Virus record (IMG/VR): IMGVR_UViG_3300024239_000011
Coordinates: 124,001 to 188,000 of that record
DNA length: 64,000 bases
Direction: 5' to 3' (one strand)
Shown here: piece by piece, positions 50,288 through 60,887 of the stretch
Position numbering within the stretch: position 1 is the first letter of the stretch
How the letters are laid out: each line of letters begins with the position of its first letter
Notes under the pieces: generated by a model
Told to the model about the DNA's origin: nothing
The model's database searches: none
What the model saw: the letters and a program-made list of their open reading frames with translations, nothing else
Program-made: the position numbers and the translations under genes

Positions 50288-51874
50288 ATGCCAGTATGTT
50301 GCCAAATTTGCGGACAAGAATTTACCAAACAAATTACCAATAGCCATCTTAAGCGTCATAGCATCACCACCGCTGATTATAAGAAGCAATTTGGGGATGA
50401 TTCTCTTTCGTCCCCTGAATACCGCGAACAGAAACGGCAAGCCATATCTGGTTCAAACAACCCGATGTTTGGGCGATCTCAAACCGAGGAATCGCGCCGA
50501 GTGATGTCGGAACGACGGTCTGGGAAACCTGCCCATAATAAGGGCGCGGTGCTTACCGACGCGCAAAAAGATAAACTTCGTGTTCTTGCCCTTGAGCGAA
50601 ATGCTCAATGGGCAGAAAATGGTGATCATCCATTATTGGGGCGCAAGCATTCAGACGAAACGAAAGAACTGATACGTCAGAAACGGGCAGAACAAATTAT
50701 TAGCTCGGAGGCATGTCAACGAGCAGCAATAACTCGCAAGGAACGCGGTTATCAGGCTCCAATGCTTGGCAAGCATCATAGTGAAGAAACAAAAGCTAAA
50801 ATTCTCGTTTCTATGACGGGGTATAGACAAAAAGTAAAAGAACGCACACACCAGAAACGCTTAGACGCAATAGCCAGCTTGAATCTACGATTGATTGATC
50901 ATGATGATCATTTTATGCATTTGGAATGTCTTTGTTGCGGGCATCATTTTCATCGAACCCCACAAGTATTTGATCCATGTCGCATACGTGTAGATATGTG
51001 CGATGTTTGTCATCCTAAAATTAATTACACGAGCAAAGCAGAAACCGAAATTTGTGAATATATAAAGGGATTGCTACCAGATATCGAAGTACGTTCTCGT
51101 GACAAATATGTAATCGGTCGCGGCGAACTAGATATCTATATCCCATCGATGCGTCTTGCCATCGAGTATAACGGTCTGTATTGGCATTCCGAAATTGCTG
51201 GCAAAAGCCGCGATTACCACCTTAACAAATTAGAAAAATGTACCAAAAAAGGGATACGCCTAATTACCATTTTCGAGGATGAATATATGGAAAAACCGCA
51301 TATTGTGCGGAGTAGATTGGCGTCACTTCTTGGAAAAAGTGCCTTTGTTCTTGGTGCGAGAGAATGTGATATCGTTGAGCTATCATCGGCAGAAGCGAAT
51401 TCATTTCTTAAAGAACACCATATCCAAGGCTCGGGTCGAAGCAATGTACGTTATGGTTTAATGTATGATAACGAATTGCTATCCGTAATGACATTTAGTA
51501 AAGATAATTTGTCTCGAAAAATTAATGATTGGGAACTGAATAGATTTGCGTCTAAAACCGACTGGAATATTGCCGGTGCTGCATCTAGACTATTCAAACG
51601 ATTTATTCGCGATCATAATCCTAAACAAATCGTCACATATGCCGACAAACGATGGTCAGAGGGCAACCTATACCATCATCTTGGATTTGTGATGTCGAGA
51701 GACACCGAACCAAATTATTGGTACATTGATGGGTTACGAAGAATTCACCGTTTTGCTCTTCGTAAAAACGACCAAGATGATCCAAATATGACTGAATGGG
51801 AAAATAGAAAAGCACAGGGCTGGAATAGAATCTGGGATTGCGGAAGTATTCGTTTCGATTGGAACGCCATTTAA
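50288..51874 (+). CDS. Hef-like (Vsr-type) homing endonuclease with NUMOD3 repeats
   Basis: NPMFGR/KHSEETK repeats; ELDIYIP..LAIEYNGLYWH; IFEDE; RIWDCG. Confidence 0.85.
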   Translation: MPVCCQICGQEFTKQITNSHLKRHSITTADYKKQFGDDSLSSPEYREQKRQAISGSNNPMFGRSQTEESRRVMSERRSGKPAHNKGAVLTDAQKDKLRVLALERNAQWAENGDHPLLGRKHSDETKELIRQKRAEQIISSEACQRAAITRKERGYQAPMLGKHHSEETKAKILVSMTGYRQKVKERTHQKRLDAIASLNLRLIDHDDHFMHLECLCCGHHFHRTPQVFDPCRIRVDMCDVCHPKINYTSKAETEICEYIKGLLPDIEVRSRDKYVIGRGELDIYIPSMRLAIEYNGLYWHSEIAGKSRDYHLNKLEKCTKKGIRLITIFEDEYMEKPHIVRSRLASLLGKSAFVLGARECDIVELSSAEANSFLKEHHIQGSGRSNVRYGLMYDNELLSVMTFSKDNLSRKINDWELNRFASKTDWNIAGAASRLFKRFIRDHNPKQIVTYADKRWSEGNLYHHLGFVMSRDTEPNYWYIDGLRRIHRFALRKNDQDDPNMTEWENRKAQGWNRIWDCGSIRFDWNAI

Positions 51875-51932
51875 CAAAAAAGGCGCTCGATGAAATTCAT
51901 CGAGCGCCTTTTCTATACTAGTTTATAGGAAT

Positions 51933-54900
51933 TTATCCCATATCCTCACCCGTATTCAAGATACGGATAGGAATATAAATAAATTCAATAGCCTTCACAG
52001 GCTGGATAGCCACATCGATCCATAGTTCGTTACGGTCGATACGTTCCCCAGAGTTATTCGTTTCGTCACAAACCACCACGAAATCATACAGGGCACGCAG
52101 ACCAACAAGATCAGCGAGGAAGCGTTCGAATGTAATACGAACACTGTCACGGGTCTGAAGATCATTCGGCTCGAACAGGAACGGCTTCGCCAGCATTTCC
52201 AACTGATAACGGAGATAGTTGGTTAGACGCGCCACATTAATGCGGTCCATCGCAGTGCTGGTTGGGTTGAGAGTTTTCTGACCATATACAATTAGACCAC
52301 GGTTCGGGATAAACGCGATTGGGTTGATCTTGTTGAGATACAACACGTCACGCTGTCCCTGGTTAAGTAGTACCGGTTTGAATTCTTCCTCACTGGTCAG
52401 ATAACCAGTAGTGGTTGCGTTCGTAACCAGACCACGGTTGTAACCAGCGGGGGCGAACCACTGATATGCTACGGTATCGTTGTACGCCATGGTACGAAGA
52501 GCAATCGTGGACGGCGGTACCATGACTTCGCGACCATCGATGTTGGTTGAAAGACCCCATGGGTAGTACAGACCGACATACGGATTGGCCGTGGTCAGAC
52601 CTTTCTCACCGTTAGACCCGGCAAGATTGGTATTTTGTGCCCAGTTCTGAACTTCAGTTGCATTCGGCTTCATTCGTGCCGGGGTGTCTGCAACAATGAA
52701 TGCCCATTGCTTCTTATCAACGTTCAGAGTGACCAATTCATCGATCACTTCCGCGTAACCCGGTGCAGCGAGCAAGTTGAAGTAAACCTGTTCGCTACGG
52801 AGGTCTTCGTTATTCACGATGGATTCGGCAATTGCCCGAACAATCATGATGCGCTGAGCCTTACGACCCATAAACGGCGAACCGTCAATATCGTTACCAG
52901 AAACAGTAACCCAACGGTTTCCGACCAGACGACCTTCGAAATTGTAGTTCACAACCCATTTCTTCACATTATTAGTGCTATAGCGAGTATTGAACAGGAT
53001 CAGACCGTCTGGGTAACTCAGAGCATCCGGGGCGTCGATATCGACAAAATTGCTGATAAGCATGCTGTTGTAATCTTCATTACCGCTACCGTCATCTTGG
53101 CGTGCATCAGCAAACACAATACCGAACGGGGTGGTCTGGTCGGTATTATCAACAACTTCCCACGAACCGCCCATGTACTTGTAAATTTTAGGGTAGTTCT
53201 CAAGGTCAGCAGTGTCGATCCAAAGATCATTCTCGATAATTGCAGAGCCATTTGGCTTGTACCGTGGTTCGGAACCGCTCAGCATAATATCGGTGCCCGG
53301 ATAACGATTGCGATAACCGAACCACTGAGAACCATTGGACACCATGATGTCCACACGCAGGTTGTTATTGAACCAGAGGGCACCGTTTGCTGGTTCACTG
53401 GTCGGTTCGCCAACGGAACCTTCGTACATCAGGTCTTCCCAATTCATACCGTTCCAGCGGCGAATCGTGTGGGAAGCAGTACCATCAACCGACGTATCGT
53501 ATTGAACATAAACAGTACCAGCCGCCAACGATGAACCCAAATTGGTTAGAGCATCTGCGTCGGAGGCATACAATGGCGCATTCTGGGTCATCCACTGACC
53601 GATTTGCGAGTTATAATATTTGACTACCCAATTCGCGCCCTTATTGGGCTTGGTTGTCTTGATCCACACATCACCAACCGCAGACGGCTTTGGTACTACC
53701 GCATGGGTGGAATAGCTTAATTTATTTCCAAGATAAGTCGTTGCATCAATAGCAAGAACATCAAGAACATTACCACTCTGGCTTGTAAAAGTAATATCTT
53801 CGCCATAAACATTGGTAATGATAAGCTGTGTCCCGGTGGACTGTGCAATAATACCATCCGCTGTCAATGCAGCATCGTTGTTGATCTTAAAGTAGATTTC
53901 ATTGACGGTATCACCCGCATCGACAACAATCTTACGATTACCGGTGCTGGATGCAATTTCAAGCCAACCTGCGTTGAATGCACTAGTGACAACCTTTGAA
54001 ATTACAATAGTAGGGGTTGCCGCTTTCCATTCGGGCGATCCAACCAAGTACCAATGGGCACCTACATCCGGAGTATTTGTCGAAATACCCGACGCATCTT
54101 GCGGAATAAGCTTCTGATAAATGCGGTTATCATTCAGGAAAGTGATGATCGCATAATCACCATTCTTCCCAATATCAGAAGCAGGAAGGAATACATCATG
54201 TTTACCAGTAAACCCAAGCTGTGAAATAATGGTCGCATCACCAGTTATGAAGATGTCCTTACCACGGGTATTGCTGATTTTTAGGTTATACTCAATCCCC
54301 TTGACCTTATTTGGAAGAGTTGTATTTCCACCATTTCCAACAACTGCTGCATTGGCATACATCGACGCCTTGATATTATCGATGTGAGCATTGTTAATTT
54401 TGGAAACAATGCTCAACAGTGTATCACCACTGTTAAGGTTGATGCTCACGCCGTTGATTGTCAAAACACCAGAGGATGAAAGTACCGACTGAGAGGCATG
54501 ATTGGTGATTGCCACCGAAGATGTGCCAACAATCACACGATGAGATACCGCTTCGCTATCGATCAGCTTGACTTGCTTGAAGTCCCATGCCAGACCAGGG
54601 TTATTATTCCCGTTCGATTCAAAAACACCAACGCTTGTCATTCCCAGGTCTAGCCAGTAAGTTCCGTGTACCGGGTTACCACGTGGGGCAACTGCACTTG
54701 GAACAAGCTGACCGAGGTCAATATCTGCACGCACAACATATGCGCGGTCGTTAATACCCAGGTATTGATACAAAGCATGTAGACCATACTCGTTCAATTC
54801 GTACCCGTGCAATGGGGTACCACCCGATGTATAAAACATTGGGTCACCGAAGGTTTGGATGGCTTCGCGCTGCGAAGTCATGAGGTACAGCTTATTCGCC

Positions 54901-55061
54901 TTTGCGTCTAGCGTTCCGGGAGCGATGCCCGTGCCGCTCGGATGTACCTTGTTACTATGAGTGGCGATGAATAGGCACGGAACAGTACCACGGTCGGCAC
55001 CAGCATAGGCGCTTTCGTCCGTAATTGTTACGCTCACACCGGGTGAAGACAAATCTGGCAT
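51933..55061 (-). CDS. Tail sheath protein
   Basis: LSSPGVSVTITDES N-terminus; WFAPAG.NRG, GQKT, DRINVARL, FEPND, VCDETNN, IQPVKAIEFIYI. Confidence 0.96.
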   Translation of the reverse strand: MPDLSSPGVSVTITDESAYAGADRGTVPCLFIATHSNKVHPSGTGIAPGTLDAKANKLYLMTSQREAIQTFGDPMFYTSGGTPLHGYELNEYGLHALYQYLGINDRAYVVRADIDLGQLVPSAVAPRGNPVHGTYWLDLGMTSVGVFESNGNNNPGLAWDFKQVKLIDSEAVSHRVIVGTSSVAITNHASQSVLSSSGVLTINGVSINLNSGDTLLSIVSKINNAHIDNIKASMYANAAVVGNGGNTTLPNKVKGIEYNLKISNTRGKDIFITGDATIISQLGFTGKHDVFLPASDIGKNGDYAIITFLNDNRIYQKLIPQDASGISTNTPDVGAHWYLVGSPEWKAATPTIVISKVVTSAFNAGWLEIASSTGNRKIVVDAGDTVNEIYFKINNDAALTADGIIAQSTGTQLIITNVYGEDITFTSQSGNVLDVLAIDATTYLGNKLSYSTHAVVPKPSAVGDVWIKTTKPNKGANWVVKYYNSQIGQWMTQNAPLYASDADALTNLGSSLAAGTVYVQYDTSVDGTASHTIRRWNGMNWEDLMYEGSVGEPTSEPANGALWFNNNLRVDIMVSNGSQWFGYRNRYPGTDIMLSGSEPRYKPNGSAIIENDLWIDTADLENYPKIYKYMGGSWEVVDNTDQTTPFGIVFADARQDDGSGNEDYNSMLISNFVDIDAPDALSYPDGLILFNTRYSTNNVKKWVVNYNFEGRLVGNRWVTVSGNDIDGSPFMGRKAQRIMIVRAIAESIVNNEDLRSEQVYFNLLAAPGYAEVIDELVTLNVDKKQWAFIVADTPARMKPNATEVQNWAQNTNLAGSNGEKGLTTANPYVGLYYPWGLSTNIDGREVMVPPSTIALRTMAYNDTVAYQWFAPAGYNRGLVTNATTTGYLTSEEEFKPVLLNQGQRDVLYLNKINPIAFIPNRGLIVYGQKTLNPTSTAMDRINVARLTNYLRYQLEMLAKPFLFEPNDLQTRDSVRITFERFLADLVGLRALYDFVVVCDETNNSGERIDRNELWIDVAIQPVKAIEFIYIPIRILNTGEDMG

Positions 55062-55421
55062 ATCTATACCCCTTTTTACGAAATTCTCTGATTGCAACAG
55101 CCTGTTTTGCATAGGTATTTATGATCACCCCCCGCCTTTGGCGTCCCAACAGGGTAAAAAGAAAGGCGAGGATTTTCTTTCCTCGCCTTAGTGATTGATG
55201 TATTTGATACTTTTCGTGTTTTTCGAACGCGGTTTGTCTAGTATTTGTGATTAAATCTAGTATCAGTTGATAGTAGAGGTACCACCCAACACCCTTTAGT
55301 GACCGGTGCTAGAAATTTTTTTCACTAAAAGAGAATGGGCAGATCACGGACCTATCTGCCCATAATCTGCCCATAACTCATCTGATTGAGATTTACCGTT
55401 ATATAGAAAACGTAAATTGAA

Positions 55422-56576
55422 TCAGCGACTTATTTGAATGAAGGTTTTAATTCGCGGGGCTACAAGGTCGCGGAACCGTTTTCCGTTGAAAATGCCATAA
55501 TGTCCCACACCTTCAACCATGTAATGGTCACGGTACGGAACATTCGGGCACAAATCGTGTGCTGCCATAGTCTGTCCAACCCCCGTAATATCGTCCTTCT
55601 CGCCCTCAATTGTCATGAGGCAAGTCTTTGAAATCATTGATGGTTTTATCAGTTGATCATGACAGACCATCGTCCCCTGTGGTAACTGATGTTCTTGGAA
55701 TACCATCTTGATGGTTTCCAAATAGAACTTCGCATCCAAGTCCATTACAGCAAGGTATTCATCATAGAATTTCTCATGATGGGCGGCGCTCTCACCATCA
55801 CCGCTGACCAAATTATCAAAATATTCGCGATGTGCTTTTACATGCCGATCAAGGTTCATTGACATAAATCCAGCAAGTTGGAGAAAGCCAGGATATACCC
55901 TGCGTCCATGTCCTTTCTTTCCCATCGAAACTGGGTAAATTAAATTCTGTTCAAACCATGAATATGGGCGTGTTGTTGCCAGTTCATCGACTTCAGTTGG
56001 GTTAATACGTGTATCAATTGGTCCACCCATAAGGGTCATGGATTTAGGGGTTGGTTCATCGTTCGCCGCGAGAAGCGACACGGCTGCTATCACCGGTACG
56101 GAAGGCTGACATACTGCAACGAGGTGGACATTCCCGTTGAAGTATCGAATGAAGTCCATTAGGTACGTGACATAATCATCGAACCCAAAAACACCATCCT
56201 CAAGAGGAACTGCCCCCGCATCTCGCCAATCAGTGATGTAGACATTGTGATCCGGAAGGAACTCCTTCACTGTTCCCCGCAATAATGTTGCGTAATGCCC
56301 AGACATAGGAGCTACCACAAGCACATTAGGACGCCCCGCGTCCACCTCTGCAAACTGCAAAAGGTCACAGAACGGTTTAGTCAGAACATCCGTCTCCGCG
56401 ACCCCCAAATCGAATTCCGGGCGGGTATAACTGTTCGTGGAACGTTGGACCAGTTTGTTTAGGGCGTACCATTCACGGGCAAAGGGAACCGATTGTGCCA
56501 AATTGGCATTCACCGTTGCTGCAAAATTTACATGAGAACGAATAACGTTGCTTATAGAATAAAAATTATAGAGCAT
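55422..56576 (-). CDS. phaZ: Intracellular polyhydroxyalkanoate (PHB) depolymerase
   Basis: VAPMSGHYATLLR, AVCQP catalytic Cys, YPGFLQL, EGEKDDI, VGHYGIFNG. Confidence 0.93.
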   Translation of the reverse strand: MLYNFYSISNVIRSHVNFAATVNANLAQSVPFAREWYALNKLVQRSTNSYTRPEFDLGVAETDVLTKPFCDLLQFAEVDAGRPNVLVVAPMSGHYATLLRGTVKEFLPDHNVYITDWRDAGAVPLEDGVFGFDDYVTYLMDFIRYFNGNVHLVAVCQPSVPVIAAVSLLAANDEPTPKSMTLMGGPIDTRINPTEVDELATTRPYSWFEQNLIYPVSMGKKGHGRRVYPGFLQLAGFMSMNLDRHVKAHREYFDNLVSGDGESAAHHEKFYDEYLAVMDLDAKFYLETIKMVFQEHQLPQGTMVCHDQLIKPSMISKTCLMTIEGEKDDITGVGQTMAAHDLCPNVPYRDHYMVEGVGHYGIFNGKRFRDLVAPRIKTFIQISR

Positions 56577-56609
56577 GGGACGCCTTCGTAATGATGTTGC
56601 TAACCAATA

Positions 56610-57221
56610 TTACTTATGCTGCGGCGCAAAACATTCCTGATTGTACACTGCCGCGATGGCCGCAATACCCGCTTCGTTAATTTCGCGTGTCCCAATCCCG
56701 GCATAAACGCCATGTGGGGTTGGCGGCATTTCAATCTCTGACCACTTCCCACGCCAGAACATCCACTTGAGTGCCTTTTGGTCGAACACATAGAGGTTGC
56801 AGTCCTCGAAGTAGTCCTCAAGATGTAGGAAGCGATCCATATACATTTGGGTTGCCCAGCCGGTACCACCCTCGACAAGCCCGAGAGGGTCTATTGTCCC
56901 CACCGCATAAACCGCCTGTGCCCAGCGAACTTGGTAGTAGTTGCGTTGAAGCAACTTATTCACATGAGGATTACTCGACGGGAAACGGCGTTTTAATGTC
57001 TTATTGGCACGTTCAACCGCTTTGTTCGCATCATCCAAATGATTTTGGGTCAATTGCACGATATGTTGCGGTGGGCACTTACTACGGTGCCCATCAAAAC
57101 TCCAATGGATAACGGCATGACCAGCCTCGTGGGCATACTTGCCAAACTTATAGTCACTTCCTTGGGCGGCTCCGCTTAAAAGAACATCTGGACTTGTGAG
57201 GTTTAGTAGTAATTCCTGCAC
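56610..57221 (-). CDS. SLOG-like hypothetical phage protein
   Basis: SGAAQGSD, GGTGWA, AGIGTR. Confidence 0.55.
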   Translation of the reverse strand: MQELLLNLTSPDVLLSGAAQGSDYKFGKYAHEAGHAVIHWSFDGHRSKCPPQHIVQLTQNHLDDANKAVERANKTLKRRFPSSNPHVNKLLQRNYYQVRWAQAVYAVGTIDPLGLVEGGTGWATQMYMDRFLHLEDYFEDCNLYVFDQKALKWMFWRGKWSEIEMPPTPHGVYAGIGTREINEAGIAAIAAVYNQECFAPQHK

Positions 57222-57233
57222 TATTTCACCTTT

Positions 57234-57420
57234 TTGTATAAAGATTTAGTTTCATCATTTGGTCGAAAATTACGGTTTGACTTTTACATTCCGACGAAAA
57301 ATACCCTCGTTGAATATGATGGGCGTCAGCATTTCGAGCCAATACGAAAATGGGGCGGACTGCCATATCTTCAGCTAATCCAACAAAACGATGCTCTCAA
57401 ATACTGTGTGCAAAAAAGGG
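57234..57420 (+). pseudogene. Fragment of a Vsr/PD-(D/E)XK nuclease domain
   Basis: LRFDFYIP...VEYDGRQHF with no proper start. Confidence 0.55.
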
Positions 57421-57465
57421 TTTACTCTTCTGCGCATTTCCTACAAAGACAACATCGAAAATTTG

Positions 57466-58134
57466 CTATCTACGATCCTCAACTGAACGCACGAATTCGC
57501 GGATGGTGTTTCGGAGGTGGTCAAGATTTCCCTCTATGTTCTCAATCGTTAGTTCGAACGGTTGTCCGATCCAGGCATATTCAGATTCATGTATCCCATA
57601 CTTCGCCCCAAAGAATTGATTCTTGTCCATCTTCGGGTCGTCAAAAATGTGAAGAGAGTTGTGATGGTTGAACGCAACTGCTTCATCCCACCATTCCGGC
57701 TCTGGACCGCGTTTAACGCGCACGATCTTGCCGCCCAGACGGCGCAAAAGGTCCAATTCATTCGGAAACCGGCAATCGGTGACCACTACATTCTGGTTCT
57801 TACGGTTCAAGAACCGCCGTTCCAGGCTCAGAATCCAGAGATTGTCGTTAAAATGCCGCCGGATCACATCGGTTCCAACGTTCTGCATCGCCATCCGTGG
57901 GGTGAAATTCGGTATCCCCAGGCGTTCAGCCCACCATTCATCCACCGTTTCGCGCCATTTGCGTCCTTCCTTAGTGTTCCCCTCAAGAAGGTCACGCGGC
58001 CAACAGAACATCGCTGCCAATGCATCTTTCAGCGGGGCGGCGAAACTGTCTTGCTCAAAACCGAGTTCATCAATCAGAATATCCCCGGCGGTTCCTTTTC
58101 CGGAGTTTGCAAAACCGACCAAACCAATGAGCAT
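57466..58134 (-). CDS. Deoxynucleoside monophosphate kinase
   Basis: GFANSGKGT, SFAAPLK, TPR..MQ.VGT, TDCRFPNE, HESE. Confidence 0.92.
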   Translation of the reverse strand: MLIGLVGFANSGKGTAGDILIDELGFEQDSFAAPLKDALAAMFCWPRDLLEGNTKEGRKWRETVDEWWAERLGIPNFTPRMAMQNVGTDVIRRHFNDNLWILSLERRFLNRKNQNVVVTDCRFPNELDLLRRLGGKIVRVKRGPEPEWWDEAVAFNHHNSLHIFDDPKMDKNQFFGAKYGIHESEYAWIGQPFELTIENIEGNLDHLRNTIREFVRSVEDRR

Positions 58135-58649
58135 TTACCCCTCCATATTGCCGATCATTGACTATCGGATGGGGTGCGGTCTGGCGTCAATTTCTTTGGT
58201 TTGGTACGATCTATTACGTCCCGGCAGAAATCACAGAGCCGTGCAAATACTGCATAAGATCGAGCTTGTGCTTTTGACCGGAAGAACCGCCATAGATGCC
58301 CGCGTTGGTCTTCAAAATCGAACCGGGCATCTATGTTATATGACACGTAGCATTTCTTCGTATGGTCCCAAAGGAACCCGTATACGACATTTGTGTGAGT
58401 ATCAACGTCGTAGAGGACTTTGACAACTTCGAAGCGGGAAATGCACAGATTGGCGAAATGCTCATCCTGGGTGTGAACAAGATAAACCGTTTTCCTGGCG
58501 GGAGCCTTGGTACTGGACAATTCATCCAGCGTAGTGATTTGACCGGGAAATACTTGATCCAGTTGGGGTAGAGTGACGGTGAGCATAAAAGTATTTACCC
58601 AAGTATTTTGGACACACCGTAACGGGGTCAGTTTAAAATAAATAGAAAC

Positions 58650-59132
58650 ATGAGATTGTTTGAAATTACTCAGCCTTCCAGCGTTGATTTAACATCCGCG
58701 ATTAATCGGGTGATCGATGAGTGGTTGGAGCATAGACGCTGCAATGCTCCAAGTGATATTAATACAGGGAAAGCATCTGGATGCTGTGATGATTTTGTTT
58801 CCGATGTTTATGAGCAATTCGGCGGCGTGCGCGAAGCAGAGAGCCGTGGGATTTCTGATGTTTCAATAGCCAGTTTCATGAATGAGGATGGAAGATTTGA
58901 CCTACCATTGCTTCGCTCGCATTGGAAAGCAGTAAAACCGACTCAAGGTCTAAACTGGAAGCATATGAATAGACTCGCCTACGAGGCAAACTTTGATGAC
59001 GCCACGCATGTTTGGCTCACCTATGGTGGTAGGCATTATGATGCCGAATGCCCAACTGGTGTTGTCAATTTCTTTGACTTACCATTTTTTGTGCGGGTTA
59101 TTTCTGCCTGGAAACAACACAAGGGGCTATAA
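58650..59132 (+). CDS. Late MRxxE-type protein, possibly papain-like fold
   Basis: TAAATA 5 nt upstream; C...HVW...YDAE pattern. Confidence 0.55.
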   Translation: MRLFEITQPSSVDLTSAINRVIDEWLEHRRCNAPSDINTGKASGCCDDFVSDVYEQFGGVREAESRGISDVSIASFMNEDGRFDLPLLRSHWKAVKPTQGLNWKHMNRLAYEANFDDATHVWLTYGGRHYDAECPTGVVNFFDLPFFVRVISAWKQHKGL

Positions 59133-59137
59133 GCACT

Positions 59138-59683
59138 ATGCGTCTCCATGAAATTGCCCCGGTAAACTCCATCCCAAATCTCATCTATCGCTGGATAGAC
59201 GAACGCGGGTGTTTGTCATACCTTCGTTCTAACGCAATGATTGGGCGGGTTCGTCATTTCATCCCCCGTCAATTAAGCGGAGAATTCCATTCGAATTTCA
59301 AAACCGGCTTGAGCTTCGCATTGGATGATCGTAGTTGGCTGAACGTCGGCACCCCGATCTGCTTCGTAGTCCGCCGTAATGCGCTTGGTGTTCCGGTCGT
59401 TAATATCAATGGGCAAGCGATCTATGACTTATCCGGGGCGGAAGAAACACGTCGCACCTATTCTATGGATCAGGCAACGTATCAACAATACTTGAAAAAT
59501 GCCATTGAGGACAGCAAGACCGACCCTACCGAGGCGTTCGTCATCGGCAACATCCGGGATTTGGCGACCAAGTTGGAGCGTATCCACGTAAGACCAGACG
59601 GGGACAACGTTTCACCCAAAGGAACGAACGCTCTCAGAGCATATTGCCAACAATACAACATCCCATTGATCGGGCTAGATTGA
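59138..59683 (+). CDS. Late MRxxE-type hypothetical protein
   Basis: MRLHEI N-terminus. Confidence 0.55.
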   Translation: MRLHEIAPVNSIPNLIYRWIDERGCLSYLRSNAMIGRVRHFIPRQLSGEFHSNFKTGLSFALDDRSWLNVGTPICFVVRRNALGVPVVNINGQAIYDLSGAEETRRTYSMDQATYQQYLKNAIEDSKTDPTEAFVIGNIRDLATKLERIHVRPDGDNVSPKGTNALRAYCQQYNIPLIGLD

Positions 59684-60880
59684 CTGCTGGTATTTCCCTT
59701 CTGCTATTTCCAGCAAGCGATCATGGAACTCGCCGTAGCGGTCAAAAGCACGACGGTATCGTACTTCTGCTTTTGCCATAACTTCATAGGGCACATATTT
59801 CATGACCGGTTTAACCACCATTCGATCAGGACCATATTTAAGAATCTTCACGTCATCGGGTAGGTAGACTTTCTGATCGTTCTCAATCACCAAAGAAATT
59901 CCCTGTTTCTCGCAATATGAGAGCGCGAGCATCATCAGGAACTTCTTCAGTTTCTCGGTTTCCGCGCCGTATATCTTGATGTGCCCCCAGTCATCACGTG
60001 AGAACGGACCAACGTAGACGTATCCTTTGACCATGCGTTCGGTCCAATACATGTCGTCCTCTTGAACCAAATCCGCAAGTTTCCGGTCGTATAACACGAA
60101 AGCGCCGTCCTGGGCGTATAGCAGCCAGTTTTCAGGATTTGCACTAGACAGGTCACCGGATGATTTCTTCGGGCGTGTAACCCCTTTCGGAAAGGCGCTA
60201 TGGACGATTTCTTGGACACGCGCCTTGGTGACAACTCCTTGGCGGATCAATTGCGAGTACATCCCAGTCTTCAGATAATCACGGACAAATTCCTGATGGA
60301 CCAAATCAAAATTCCGGGCACCACTAGGACTGAAACCCCCTGAATGAAGGTCCGGTTTCTGTTCTCGCATCAATTTGGTAAGGATGGTTCCAAACCCCAT
60401 ACCACGATATTCCGGTGCGACAACAACCAGATGACAGCCCCATTCGTCATCCGTAGTCCACCCAACCATCTGTTTGGTTTCAGTATCAAAAATGGCGAAG
60501 CGGTAATCCCACCGGTTGAACCCAAGTTTTTCTACCTCTTCCCGAGTGTAGTATTGCGCCTCATTATTGATACGAACGATTTCCCCATTAGGGTCGCGCT
60601 TGACGTATTGGGCGGTTTCCCAACAATCGATTACTTGCGAGCAAATCTCAAAGGTCAATCCCTTGATCTTAATCCGCCGCATTAGCTTGTAATCTTCACG
60701 ACGCCCATAGCTACCATTGTTCAGTGATTGTAAACCAATGCTCTGGTACGCGGACTCTGAATGGTGTTTGTTGTTGGGGTTGACCAATTCATAGAACTCG
60801 CGGTAGGTCAACAGCGCCGGGTCCACGACTTTGTGGATGTACGGAGTGGTAGCTTCAGAAAGAACTTCAAGGATGCGCAT
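59675..60880 (-). CDS. Late MRxxE-type protein with a GNAT-like motif
   Basis: TAAATA 4 nt upstream of MRILEV; VAPEYRGMGFG. Confidence 0.6.
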   Translation of the reverse strand: MRILEVLSEATTPYIHKVVDPALLTYREFYELVNPNNKHHSESAYQSIGLQSLNNGSYGRREDYKLMRRIKIKGLTFEICSQVIDCWETAQYVKRDPNGEIVRINNEAQYYTREEVEKLGFNRWDYRFAIFDTETKQMVGWTTDDEWGCHLVVVAPEYRGMGFGTILTKLMREQKPDLHSGGFSPSGARNFDLVHQEFVRDYLKTGMYSQLIRQGVVTKARVQEIVHSAFPKGVTRPKKSSGDLSSANPENWLLYAQDGAFVLYDRKLADLVQEDDMYWTERMVKGYVYVGPFSRDDWGHIKIYGAETEKLKKFLMMLALSYCEKQGISLVIENDQKVYLPDDVKILKYGPDRMVVKPVMKYVPYEVMAKAEVRYRRAFDRYGEFHDRLLEIAEGKYQQSI

Positions 60881-60887
60881 CTTATAT